Shown in pieces: positions 5,611-15,061 of a stretch of 28,315 bases of DNA. Within the stretch, counting starts at the first letter, position 1. Every line of letters begins with the position of its first letter. This DNA comes from a virus. Taxonomy: Duplodnaviria; Caudoviricetes. Under the pieces are notes generated by a model, which saw nothing but the letters and a program-made list of their open reading frames with translations, was not told the DNA's origin and did not search any database. Both the position numbers and the translations under genes were made by a program. The stretch lies in the IMG/VR virus record IMGVR_UViG_3300038492_000301, positions 1-28,315 of that record; one strand, 5' to 3'.

Positions 5611-6117
5611 ATGGCAATTCATCTCGACGATCTCCTATGCCCTCCGGAAAAAGTCCTTTTTAAACCGTCGCAGGGAAATCCTATCTTCTGCGCTGGTTTT
5701 CTCGTCAAACCCCGCTTCCAGAAGGATGTCGATGTGGCAACTACAGTCGTCCTCGCCGGGTTTGTCAGAGATTTAGAGCAATCTGAAAGGGTTGGAGTTG
5801 AATGGACAGCCCGCCCGGGGAAAATGGGAATCACGGCATTACAAGCCGGAACGATCATCGGGATCAGCTTTACTCTCGACCAACCTCCGACAGCCGGCTC
5901 AATCAACGTTTATGTGCATATCAATGGTATTCAACAGAACACTGCTGGACAATTTTTAACCGTAACGACGACCCAAGCATCTTCACTTGCGTTCACAACG
6001 CCGATTAACTTCTCTGCCGATGACGTACTGGACGCTGGCGTAGCCGTGGATAGCTCATTTACTCCTGAGGGCGCTAATGGTTTGGTAGGTCTATGGCTCA
6101 CCCAACCTTCCCCCTAG
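5611..6117 (+). CDS. Putative virion decoration/fibre protein with C-terminal jelly-roll-like domain
   Basis: GGGAG before ATG 5611; C-terminal domain is clearly paralogous to the C-terminus of 6127..7122. Confidence 0.6.
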   Translation: MAIHLDDLLCPPEKVLFKPSQGNPIFCAGFLVKPRFQKDVDVATTVVLAGFVRDLEQSERVGVEWTARPGKMGITALQAGTIIGISFTLDQPPTAGSINVYVHINGIQQNTAGQFLTVTTTQASSLAFTTPINFSADDVLDAGVAVDSSFTPEGANGLVGLWLTQPSP

Positions 6118-6126
6118 GAGCCTGTT

Positions 6127-7122
6127 ATGGATATCCGCTATCGTAACTCTGACATGTTCATTCTTGAAGTCGCGCTTGACGGAACGCTTGTTGCCGGTGG
6201 TGGCGAAACAGTAGTCACCGAAGCTGACGCTCCTTTTATCCCGTCGTTTGATGATGTCACTTATCGCTACGATGGCGTGGGAATTTACACCTTAGTCGAT
6301 TTAACGACCGGTCCTGAGAATGACAACGGAAACGCCGTTAATTCCGGCACTGCTGTAGTAGTGTCAGACAATGATACTACCCCGGATACGCTCATCAACA
6401 AACTTGTCTCCAATGACTCTTCGATCACCTTCGCGGAGGTTAATGACGGTGGGGATGAGGACTTATCTTTAGTCGTAAATCCGGCGAACGTGGATCATGA
6501 CGCCCTACAGAATTTTGTTGCGAACGAGCACATCAACCATAGTTCAGTTTCGGTTGTTGCTGGAGGCGACGATGGTCTCGCAGTTACCAATAATGACCTC
6601 ACTGCCAACATTGGCCTTATTGTTGACATTGTGGGGACTACTCCTCTTGGCGGCGTGCCCGACGCGGCAGACTTACTTCTTATCTATGACGATTCCGCCA
6701 CTGCGCTTAGGTCAGTAACTTACGCAAACCTACTTGCTGGCGTTTCGGCTACTGACACTTTGGCGCATACCGGGGCGATTATTGATTTGGACGCTTCCGA
6801 GGCAACTAATGCTTCTTGGGGAGACGGCCGAGCCCGAGCTGGTGTGACCATGCGTGTAGCTGGAAGTCTTCTTGGGTTTACATTCACGTCTGATCAAGTC
6901 ATTACGGCCGGTCAGATTCAAATTGCCGTGTCCATTAATGGTATCATCCAGAACGGTGTAGGTCAAGTAGCGACTCATACGGCTGGGCAGAATGGCCTTG
7001 TAACCTTCCCCTCCCCGATCGCTTACGTGGCTGGAGACGTTATTGACATGCATGCTCGTGCAAACGGCGCGATGGCTCCAAACAATCAGGACATCACCGT
7101 AATGTTTGAGGCCCAGAAATAG
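6127..7122 (+). CDS. Putative fibre/decoration protein
   Basis: AGGAG RBS; G/A/T/D-rich; VVVSDNDTTPDTLINKL and VDHDALQNFVANEH segments; N-terminus shared with 7132..8592 and C-terminus with 5611..6117. Confidence 0.65.
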   Translation: MDIRYRNSDMFILEVALDGTLVAGGGETVVTEADAPFIPSFDDVTYRYDGVGIYTLVDLTTGPENDNGNAVNSGTAVVVSDNDTTPDTLINKLVSNDSSITFAEVNDGGDEDLSLVVNPANVDHDALQNFVANEHINHSSVSVVAGGDDGLAVTNNDLTANIGLIVDIVGTTPLGGVPDAADLLLIYDDSATALRSVTYANLLAGVSATDTLAHTGAIIDLDASEATNASWGDGRARAGVTMRVAGSLLGFTFTSDQVITAGQIQIAVSINGIIQNGVGQVATHTAGQNGLVTFPSPIAYVAGDVIDMHARANGAMAPNNQDITVMFEAQK

Positions 7123-7131
7123 AGGTGACTT

Positions 7132-8592
7132 ATGGCCGATATCCGTGTCCGCGATGCTGACAACGTGGTCTTGGAGACTGGCCTCACCGGAACCTTAGTC
7201 GCGGGGGCTGGAGAGACGGTCTATAACGAGACCTTTTTATTCATCCCCTCCCACGACGATGCTACTTGGCAGCGAGACGGTGTAAACCTGTACTCAATCG
7301 CAGACTTGGACAACGCTCCTGAAAATGATTCTCATCCTGCGAACATCAATCTGTATTTCGACAACGGGATTATCCCGGATGTTCCGCGGGTAGCTCAGAT
7401 TGGGGAGATTGGCGTTGGAACTGGGAGCCTTACGTTCCGGCATGCCTCCAACCTTCTGACAAAAAGTTTCACGATGAACTCTCTCCAGTCAGCATTCTCC
7501 TGGGGGGATGGAGTAACAAGTAGTTTTGTTGCTGCTCAAGTTGCTCAATCATTTATTGGGACTCTTGGCGGCGGGAATTTCAACTTCTTTCAGGCCAGTA
7601 CAGCGATTACACAAATTTTTAGTTTTATTGGTGGTGTATCCCAGTCAATTATTTTAGCAGCGACCGGTGTGACTGTCAACCTTGGGGCGCTCACAGAGTT
7701 TTTTATTGCTCGGGCTGGCATCGGTACAGTATTTCAAGTATCCGTCACTGAAATTATTCATAGCCTTACTTCTCGTTTTATTGAGACTGGGGCAGACGAT
7801 AATATTGTTATTGAGAAAACCGATGGAGCTTCTGAGTGGACAATCAACGCTGGAAGAGTTGGATTTTTTGATAACTGGCTCCTCTTCAAGAACGAAAACG
7901 AAGTTGATAACTACTCGATCGCATTTCGAAATGACGGAACTATCCGAACTCAAGATGGCGTCGCAGGAGCCCCGGCTTATGGATTCGACGACAATTCCAA
8001 CACTGGAATGTATCTCGGTGGAACTGATGATACGCTTGGCTTCTCCAATGGGGGAATTCCTCGTCTCAACATTGAGCCTGATGGAACACTTAACACCGGC
8101 ACGACTGCAAATTATGAGACTCTCGTAACGGCTGACGATGATATCCCGAACAAGAAGTATGTAGACGACACAATTGCCGCGGTCGATCCTTTTTCTGTAT
8201 TCCAACATGAATCGAGTGAAGATTTACCCGAGCAGACGACCACAGCGACGACTCCCCAACTAGCGCACAGCCAAACATACACTCCGAACGTGACCGGCAC
8301 CTATCTTGTCACATGGTCAGGCGGGCATCGTAACACTGCGAATGACGCGGGCGTAGACACTCAGATCGTGCATTCCACTCTTGGCGAACTTGAGTCTTTT
8401 CGTGATCATTCCGTTGGTGTAGCAATCAACCCATTAGACGATTTTCATTCTATCGGAGGATGGGCTGAAGTTGCCGGAACCGCCTCAGTATCGTTTGACA
8501 TTGACATCAATTACAACGCTGTGGATGAAGGCGCAGGAGCCGGAACAGCAGCTATCCGAAATATTCGAATTAATATCAGGAGGATTGCGTAA
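7132..8592 (+). CDS. Putative tail fibre / receptor-binding protein
   Basis: GAGGTG RBS; fibre-type motifs DGVAGAPAYGFDDNSNTGMY...LGFSNGG and DIPNKKYVDD; beta-rich C-terminal head. Confidence 0.7.
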   Translation: MADIRVRDADNVVLETGLTGTLVAGAGETVYNETFLFIPSHDDATWQRDGVNLYSIADLDNAPENDSHPANINLYFDNGIIPDVPRVAQIGEIGVGTGSLTFRHASNLLTKSFTMNSLQSAFSWGDGVTSSFVAAQVAQSFIGTLGGGNFNFFQASTAITQIFSFIGGVSQSIILAATGVTVNLGALTEFFIARAGIGTVFQVSVTEIIHSLTSRFIETGADDNIVIEKTDGASEWTINAGRVGFFDNWLLFKNENEVDNYSIAFRNDGTIRTQDGVAGAPAYGFDDNSNTGMYLGGTDDTLGFSNGGIPRLNIEPDGTLNTGTTANYETLVTADDDIPNKKYVDDTIAAVDPFSVFQHESSEDLPEQTTTATTPQLAHSQTYTPNVTGTYLVTWSGGHRNTANDAGVDTQIVHSTLGELESFRDHSVGVAINPLDDFHSIGGWAEVAGTASVSFDIDINYNAVDEGAGAGTAAIRNIRINIRRIA

Positions 8593-9239
8593 TGGCCGAC
8601 GCTTTTTATGCTTACTCAATCTCGGCTGATACGGCGAATGCCAAACTTCAGAGCGATGTCCTCCTGAAGGAAATTCAGCTATCCGCGGATATCACTATTG
8701 CAATCAAACAGATCGACACTCTTGGTGACGCACTGACCGTTGTCATGAAAGCAGCTCTCAGCACTCCTGAGAAAACAGCTCTTGACAACCTCGTGAAAGT
8801 TCACCAAGGGGAAGCGGTCGCTAAAGTCATTAAAAATCAAATCCAACATACTTCGAAGGATGGCCTGAACCTATTCGTTCACGGCACGGAGTTTATGGCT
8901 GATCCAGCTGACATCAACGGTGGCGTCACTGAGCATGATTTTGTTCTTCCTGAAGACCGAGAAATCGAAGGCGCGATGGCTCATGTTCATGATCACTGTC
9001 CGGGTGACAAGATGGACATCGAATTTTGGATGCCAGGTGACCCAGAAGTAATGATCGGCCGTAATGGTTGCGACGTTTATGTTCCCCCGGATGGTAAAAT
9101 TCCTGAGATTCGTTCGGATTCTACTAAACCACTACCGGCCGGCATTATTCTTCGTATCCGTTACACTTGTATTCGTCCTTCCGGAACTAAGCCACGTGTG
9201 GCTGTAAACTTCCGTTTTCACAGAGAGGCAGCTACGTAA
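8592..9239 (+). CDS. Hypothetical, probably virion-associated protein
   Basis: AGGAGG RBS; TAATG coupling at both ends. Confidence 0.65.
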   Translation: MADAFYAYSISADTANAKLQSDVLLKEIQLSADITIAIKQIDTLGDALTVVMKAALSTPEKTALDNLVKVHQGEAVAKVIKNQIQHTSKDGLNLFVHGTEFMADPADINGGVTEHDFVLPEDREIEGAMAHVHDHCPGDKMDIEFWMPGDPEVMIGRNGCDVYVPPDGKIPEIRSDSTKPLPAGIILRIRYTCIRPSGTKPRVAVNFRFHREAAT

Positions 9240-10081
9240 TGGGACAAGACTTAGGTGGACGCATTCTTGAGTTCACATTCACCGATTCAGGCATCCAGGC
9301 CACCTTCGTCTCCATCGCGAATGCCAACCCGGATGTCACTGAATTAGAGGAGATCGGGAATCCTGGCATTGTCAGGTTGAGAGCCCGATTCACCAAAACT
9401 GTCACAGAGCTGAATGCATGTTACTGCGCTCTTGACAATATCAGCGGTACCGGGGATACACTCTATACGGCTGACGGCTCAATTAACGAACTTCGTCTTG
9501 TAAGCATTGACATTGACGATATGGGCCTATTAGCGTTTGTAGACACAACTGCTACCAAAGGATTCGTCCTTACAGGCTCCTCTGCTTCTATGGGGCATGG
9601 GGACACTGGCGTTCTTACTGCAAATGTATCAGCTTCCGATACCCGTTGTCAAATGTTTTCTGCGGATGTGGCTGGAGGTACGGCTAACGGGCGTGCAAAC
9701 GTCGCTCCATTCAACATCGAAATTAGTCTCCGAGACACGGACTACAATAACCGTATCATCCAAGATGTTAACCAGTTCCGAATCCAACGGCTTAACTTGA
9801 CCAATGGCGACTTCATTGGGTTTGACTTGTCGGATACTGAGCTAAACATGCGTTGCGACGGCGTAGTTGAGTTTCAAATTAATGAGGACCCAGGGGCAGT
9901 CGATGAGGTCTTCACTTCTAATGGACCTGGAGCAGCGCCAACTTATACCCCAGGACTTCCTAACAGTGTAGCCGTTGCGGGCGATATGGTTTATTACGAC
10001 GGCTCTACCTGGGTACGAATTCCCACCGGAACAAATGGCCAAACTCTGACCTTAGTTGGCGGAGTCCCCACCTGGCAATAA
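9239..10081 (+). CDS. Putative fibre-like virion protein
   Basis: C-terminal GDMVYYDGSTWVRIPTGTNGQTLTLVGGVPTW, a repeat unit I recognise from phage fibre shafts. Confidence 0.6.
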   Translation: MGQDLGGRILEFTFTDSGIQATFVSIANANPDVTELEEIGNPGIVRLRARFTKTVTELNACYCALDNISGTGDTLYTADGSINELRLVSIDIDDMGLLAFVDTTATKGFVLTGSSASMGHGDTGVLTANVSASDTRCQMFSADVAGGTANGRANVAPFNIEISLRDTDYNNRIIQDVNQFRIQRLNLTNGDFIGFDLSDTELNMRCDGVVEFQINEDPGAVDEVFTSNGPGAAPTYTPGLPNSVAVAGDMVYYDGSTWVRIPTGTNGQTLTLVGGVPTWQ

Positions 10082-10091
10082 GGAGCATTCC

Positions 10092-10502
10092 ATGGCAAGA
10101 CCAAAAAAAGGTGAAGAGACCGGATGGAAATCCAAGTTTCTGATCGCCTTAGCAAACAAGCCATACGTCTCCGTTGCATGCAAAGAAGCTAACATTTCTC
10201 GCTCCCGAGTATATGCCCTCAAGAAAACTGACGAGGAGTTCTCTGACGCTTGGGACATGGCGATGGAAGATGGGCTTGATGGGATTGAGCATGAACTTTA
10301 TCTCATTGGTGTTGGCGAGAAAAAAGGGCAATATGGCGCTCTGATTTACTTACTTAAGGCACGTCGCTATGAAGTGAAACAAGGGCAAGACATGCCCTCT
10401 AAGATCACTTTTGAATGGGGACCTTCCCAGAATGGCGATTTACCAGTTTCTACCTCCACACAGCTCCGGGCAGATGAATCTGATCCAGAGCCAGGAGAAT
10501 GA
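10092..10502 (+). CDS. terS: Terminase small subunit
   Basis: TAAGGAG RBS; FLxAL...VSVACKEANISRSRVY...DEEFxxAW HTH pattern; directly upstream of terL. Confidence 0.85.
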   Translation: MARPKKGEETGWKSKFLIALANKPYVSVACKEANISRSRVYALKKTDEEFSDAWDMAMEDGLDGIEHELYLIGVGEKKGQYGALIYLLKARRYEVKQGQDMPSKITFEWGPSQNGDLPVSTSTQLRADESDPEPGE

Positions 10503-11640
10503 CGTTTGCTTTGCCGGCCGTCGTTGGGGTAAAACCCATGCCGGCACTATCCGCATCTTACGGGGGAGCTTTGAAAAACCCGGTCTTTATTGGTGGGTAG
10601 GGCTCTCCTGGAGAGCAGCGTCATTGCAACATGCGTGGCGTGAACTCCGAATGCATCATCAAGGCATCTTAACCGAATGCCGCCTGAATTATCAGGACTG
10701 GCGATCCATGATTGATAAAGAGTTGAGGTTCCCTAATGGAGCAGTCATCCAAATGCGTACCGCTGAGAATCCTGAATCCCTCGCCGGTGCGGCTGTTGAT
10801 GGCATTATTTTTGACGAGTTTAGCATGGCGCGTGAGTCCGTCTGGGCCGAACAGTTGGCTCCCACGCTTCTTACGACGGATGGCTGGGTCTGCTTTATCG
10901 GTGTGCCTAAAGGAAACAACTGGGCCACCAAACTGTGGAAGTGGGCTAAAGATCAGCCAGGCTGGAATCAGCGACATTTCCGAACCTTAGACAATCCTTA
11001 CATTTCCCAAAACGTATACAACGATATCGCTGCATCCATGCCTATGGTTATGCAACAGCAAGAGCTTGAAGCAGCAATCATTGCCGGCCGCGGTCAAGTG
11101 TTCCGAAATATCACTGAGTGCACTACGGCCCGTTGGCAAGAATACCCCACTCCCGGGAGGATTTATCTTGCAGGACTTGACTGGGGAAAAATTACAGACT
11201 CTACTGTCCTTACAGTTGTCGATGCTGCTTCACGGGAATGCGTTTATTACGATCGATTCAACGGAATGTCCTACCCCGAGCAATTGGAGCGCATTAAAGA
11301 ACAACATAGTATATGGGGATTCCAACGCATCATTGCTGAATCAAATGCCATGGGAACTCCCCTCTGTGACCAGCTTGCAAGGGACCGACTCCCTGTAGAG
11401 CCTTTCGACATGAACCGTATCACGAAGCGTGAGATCATCGAACTTCTTGCAGTCGCATTCGAGACCGAGACTTTCAAAATTCCTCTCGATGAAACGATGA
11501 TCGACGAACTTGAATCAATGGAGATGAACTTGACCAAACAAGGATGGCCACTTTACGCTGCCCCCGAAGGGCTCCATGACGACATCCCGATGAGTCTGGC
11601 TTTAGCTCACTGGGGAATTAGTTACAGACCAGCCATCTAA
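10432..11640 (+). CDS. terL: Terminase large subunit
   Basis: Walker A AGRRWGKT, Walker B IIFDEF, coupling-motif region IGVPKG, nuclease AGLDWG and HDDIPMSLALA. Start position approximate. Confidence 0.95.
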   Translation: MAIYQFLPPHSSGQMNLIQSQENDVCFAGRRWGKTHAGTIRILRGSFEKPGLYWWVGLSWRAASLQHAWRELRMHHQGILTECRLNYQDWRSMIDKELRFPNGAVIQMRTAENPESLAGAAVDGIIFDEFSMARESVWAEQLAPTLLTTDGWVCFIGVPKGNNWATKLWKWAKDQPGWNQRHFRTLDNPYISQNVYNDIAASMPMVMQQQELEAAIIAGRGQVFRNITECTTARWQEYPTPGRIYLAGLDWGKITDSTVLTVVDAASRECVYYDRFNGMSYPEQLERIKEQHSIWGFQRIIAESNAMGTPLCDQLARDRLPVEPFDMNRITKREIIELLAVAFETETFKIPLDETMIDELESMEMNLTKQGWPLYAAPEGLHDDIPMSLALAHWGISYRPAI

Positions 11641-11652
11641 CAGGAGAAGGGT

Positions 11653-13554
11653 ATGATCTTAAACGCGCACGGCCAAGAGGTGTTTACTGCGCCAGAGCTA
11701 GCTGCGGCTGAAAGTTGGGCGCGTGGGACTACCCTATCTCAAGGCTCGATCTTCAATCAAATCTTGCCGTTCCATCAACCGAACGCCGAACTACCAAACC
11801 CCCTCGATTTCAACGGATTGGTAAATCGTTTTTATCGCAGGAACGCAATCGTCTACTCTGCTGTTCGCCTCATCTCTGGCTCTGCTTCAGACCCTGAGTT
11901 TCAAGCTGGAACTGTCGATAGCTCAGGAGTTTTCCAGCCCGATGACCCGAATAGCGATCCGCTCGCAATGCTCATCCGGAATCCGAATCCAGCGCAAGAC
12001 GCCTATGAATTTCTGGAGATGCTCCTCATTCACCTATTCACTACCGGGAACGCATTCGTTCATCTGGTTCGTTCACCGATTGGCATCCCTCTTCAAATGG
12101 AGCTGATCCGGCCGGACATCATGAAGATCGTTCCCGTCAAAGCTCCAACCGGAGAACGTGTAGCCCGATACTTTGTGGAAGCCGGGGGAGACAAAATTGA
12201 AATCCCAGCAAACGATGTCATTCAATTTAAGCTTCCGGACGCCTTGGACGAATTCTGGGGATTATCTCCACTCTTTGTCCTTAGCCGCCTTGGCGACATT
12301 GATGACCAATCAGTTGATTTTCTCCGGGCGTATTTCCTTAACAAAGGTGTACCCTCAGGAATGCTCACTGTCCAGGGAAGAGTGCAGGATCCAGACCGAG
12401 AGGCTATGAAACTCAACTGGCAACAACAGTTCCAGGGTTCTGAGGGTTGGCATAAAATTCCAGTCATGGATCAGGGCGTTGCATTCCAGCAGCTCTCCAC
12501 CGGTCTGAAGGATATGGATTTAAATCCGATCTTCAACCAGACGGAGACTCGTATTGCCATGGTGTTCGGCGTACCTCCAATCTTGCTCGGCACCAATGCT
12601 GGTTTAGAGCGATCGACCTTTTCCAACTTCAAAGAATCACGCCGCGGTTTTTGGCAGGAAACACTCGTTCCCTTATACACTCGCCTACAGCGCAGATTCA
12701 CCCGCATGCTAGCTCAGAAAGAGTTTGGCATGAATCGTATGATCCAGTTTGACCTGTCCAAAGTTGCTGGCCTTCAGCAATCACAACAGGAACTTCGGGA
12801 TTTCGCGTTGGAAGGTTGGCGGCGTAGCTTACTCACTCGTGATGAAGCCCTTCAGTTGGTTGACATGGACCCATCGGCTTCAAATGGAGATTCTGTCCTA
12901 CTCGGCACTTCGGCTATCTACGTTCCTCTTGCAGAAGCGACTACCTTCAAGTCCCTTGTTGGCGATGTTGCCACTGATTTACTTGAAGAGGAGCGCGACG
13001 AAATTGCTGAAGAAAATGAGCCCGAGCCCACTCCAACTGAGCAACGACGTAAATGGCGTAATATCTTTTTTGGGGAAGGCGGATGGTATGACAGTTTTAA
13101 TCCTTCCCAGGATCGATTGTGGAATCCAGTAAACGGAGACTGTATTGCTCACGAAGTGTTCGCCTGTGCAGATTGCCAAGCGGCTATGGAAGCTTCAGCC
13201 TGCAAGCCCGGCGATCCTGGATATCCCAATTGTCGGGATAGCGAGCCCAGTGAAACGTTAGATCATATCGCAATCGCTGAGGCTGTTATTGCTGGCGATG
13301 AGGAAGCTCGTGAAGAGTATATCCTCCTTTTCCCACCTGAATTTGTTGATTCTGTAATCGAGCTGATTGATCTCACTGCCGGCCTCGACGTAGAAAACGG
13401 AGTCAACGTTCTAGTGGCTGCGATTGGAGAGTCCCCAGACGGATTCTTCGCTCTATTCGACGTAGCTGAGTTCCTTCAAGGGCAAGGCAAGACTCCCGAT
13501 GAGATTGCCAATGCACTACGAAACGCAAAAGTAGCAATTAGGGAGAACGAATAA
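11653..13554 (+). CDS. Portal protein (HK97 family) with about 200-aa C-terminal extension
   Basis: VYSAVRLI, NPNPxQ, GNAF, LxRPD, WGLSP, NKGVPSG, IAMVFGVPPILLG and TRDEA motifs; follows terL. Confidence 0.95.
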   Translation: MILNAHGQEVFTAPELAAAESWARGTTLSQGSIFNQILPFHQPNAELPNPLDFNGLVNRFYRRNAIVYSAVRLISGSASDPEFQAGTVDSSGVFQPDDPNSDPLAMLIRNPNPAQDAYEFLEMLLIHLFTTGNAFVHLVRSPIGIPLQMELIRPDIMKIVPVKAPTGERVARYFVEAGGDKIEIPANDVIQFKLPDALDEFWGLSPLFVLSRLGDIDDQSVDFLRAYFLNKGVPSGMLTVQGRVQDPDREAMKLNWQQQFQGSEGWHKIPVMDQGVAFQQLSTGLKDMDLNPIFNQTETRIAMVFGVPPILLGTNAGLERSTFSNFKESRRGFWQETLVPLYTRLQRRFTRMLAQKEFGMNRMIQFDLSKVAGLQQSQQELRDFALEGWRRSLLTRDEALQLVDMDPSASNGDSVLLGTSAIYVPLAEATTFKSLVGDVATDLLEEERDEIAEENEPEPTPTEQRRKWRNIFFGEGGWYDSFNPSQDRLWNPVNGDCIAHEVFACADCQAAMEASACKPGDPGYPNCRDSEPSETLDHIAIAEAVIAGDEEAREEYILLFPPEFVDSVIELIDLTAGLDVENGVNVLVAAIGESPDGFFALFDVAEFLQGQGKTPDEIANALRNAKVAIRENE

Positions 13555-13700
13555 TGCAGTTCACCAACGAGACATTGACGCCCTCCAGTCAACATCGTAA
13601 TGATAAGATTGGGGAGACGAAAATGACTCAACTTCGATTAGCAGATACGCAACCCACATCTCAATCCATTGTAGCCACAGCGGCTGGGAAGGAAGAATAA
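13554..13700 (+). CDS. Small hypothetical protein (48 aa, MQFTNETLTPSS...)
   Basis: Read manually; TAATG coupling at both ends; AGGGAG upstream. Confidence 0.55.
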   Translation: MQFTNETLTPSSQHRNDKIGETKMTQLRLADTQPTSQSIVATAAGKEE

Positions 13701-14098
13701 TGGCCACTAGGACTCAACTCGGCGCTCTCGTTCAGGATGCGGAGACTTTCACCTACTCCACTACGATCTTGCAAGAAGACGGCGTTACTCCAGTTGACCT
13801 CACGGATGCTAACACTGACGCTTTTGTCACTCTCTATCGGGCTGACACGAACGCTGCGATCAACTCACGGAATGCGCAACAGGTCATCACGGCCGGCGTT
13901 GCCTCCAACAACCATACCGGAACTGCCCTTGGCGTTTTAACTTTCAAATCTGTTGCGGCTGACTCAACTCTTGGCGAATCTGCTAACGTGAGTGTTGTCC
14001 TCCGCTACCGGATTCAGTATAACGACGGCGCTGCGGTTGCTCGCGATGGTACGCATGAAGTCCAGTTTACCGTTGAGCCTCTCGTGACTGTCACCTAA
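13700..14098 (+). CDS. Putative virion protein, BppU-N/Ig-like; paralogue of 1962..2414
   Basis: QDAETFTYSTTILQEDGVTPVDLT resembles the BppU N-terminal pattern; motifs shared with 1962..2414. Confidence 0.65.
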   Translation: MATRTQLGALVQDAETFTYSTTILQEDGVTPVDLTDANTDAFVTLYRADTNAAINSRNAQQVITAGVASNNHTGTALGVLTFKSVAADSTLGESANVSVVLRYRIQYNDGAAVARDGTHEVQFTVEPLVTVT

Positions 14099-14103
14099 TA
14101 ATC

Positions 14104-14179
14104 CTCCAGGGTTGGCAGTTTCTTAAGAGGATTCACCCCTCGTCCGATGCATCGCTGCTGACCCTTTTCCTCCCCGGAG
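14104..14179 (+). promoter_or_regulatory. Structured leader upstream of the protease/capsid genes
   Basis: 12-bp stem AGGGTTGGCAGT 14108-14119 / GCTGCTGACCCT 14154-14165 followed by TTT; CTCC 14104-14107 can pair with RBS GGAG 14176-14179. Confidence 0.45.
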
Positions 14180-14185
14180 AATGTT

Positions 14186-15049
14186 ATGCTTATTAGACGT
14201 AAAGACGCCTCCCAAGAAAAGTGGGAAGTGCTGACTGTCCCTTTCACGCCATTCGCCGGTGAGGTAGGCGACGATGATCTCATGGCCGATTTTGGAGAAT
14301 TACCCGAAGGCTCCTTCCGGGGAGTTGCCTCCATGTTTGGCGAAGTTATCGACGCATTCATGCCCACGGTGATGAAGAGAGGCGCATTCACCAAAACCCT
14401 GCAAGAGCGTTCACGTTCCATCCCCATTTTGTGGCAACATGACATTGACGAACCGATCGGACGGCCCACGCGGATTGTGGAAACTGATGAAGGCTTGTTA
14501 CTCCAAGCTGCTATTTCCCGCACTAATCGTGGACGCGATGCCTTGATCTTGATGAGAGACGGAGTCGTTGGAGCATTATCAATTGGCTTCGATCCCGTCC
14601 AATTTGATTTTGAAGAGCAGCCAGACGGAAGTATGAAACGTTTCATCCGCGAGGCTCGCTTACATGAGATCAGTGTGGTCACTCTAGGAGCCGACCCTAA
14701 CGCACTGATCACTGAGGTCCGCGCCGGCCAAGTCTCTGGAACTCTCCGGAAGTACTGGGAAGGTGTTGAATCTCTCTCGACTGGCGAAGAGACTGACGCA
14801 CAGGATGTCAGTGACACCTTGGAAGAGCCCACGGATTTAGCTGCCCGTTTCGCTACTTTCATGGCCGACACTGAGCTTACCGATGAGGCAGAAATCGCCG
14901 TCGCATTCGCAGCAACTTTACAGCATGAAGCCGCGCCGGAACTCGAAGAAGAAACCGAGGAACCACGCACTTTGTCAGAAGTTGAATTCAAATTAATGGA
15001 AGCTGAAATCTTGGCTGCCGAACTAGAACTAGGATTTGAAGAACTTTAG
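14186..15049 (+). CDS. Prohead maturation protease (HK97 family) with acidic C-terminal tail
   Basis: FRGVASMF, GAF, ILWQHD (catalytic His), PIG, DEGL, LSIGF (catalytic Ser), LHEISVVTLGADPNA. Confidence 0.93.
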   Translation: MLIRRKDASQEKWEVLTVPFTPFAGEVGDDDLMADFGELPEGSFRGVASMFGEVIDAFMPTVMKRGAFTKTLQERSRSIPILWQHDIDEPIGRPTRIVETDEGLLLQAAISRTNRGRDALILMRDGVVGALSIGFDPVQFDFEEQPDGSMKRFIREARLHEISVVTLGADPNALITEVRAGQVSGTLRKYWEGVESLSTGEETDAQDVSDTLEEPTDLAARFATFMADTELTDEAEIAVAFAATLQHEAAPELEEETEEPRTLSEVEFKLMEAEILAAELELGFEEL

Positions 15050-15061
15050 GAGTGTATCCTC

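Noticed and set aside
5596-10081. Diversity-generating retroelement target among the fibre genes
   Set aside because: Similarity between paralogues is diverged and at protein level; no near-identical repeat pair differing at adenines and no reverse transcriptase seen in the window.
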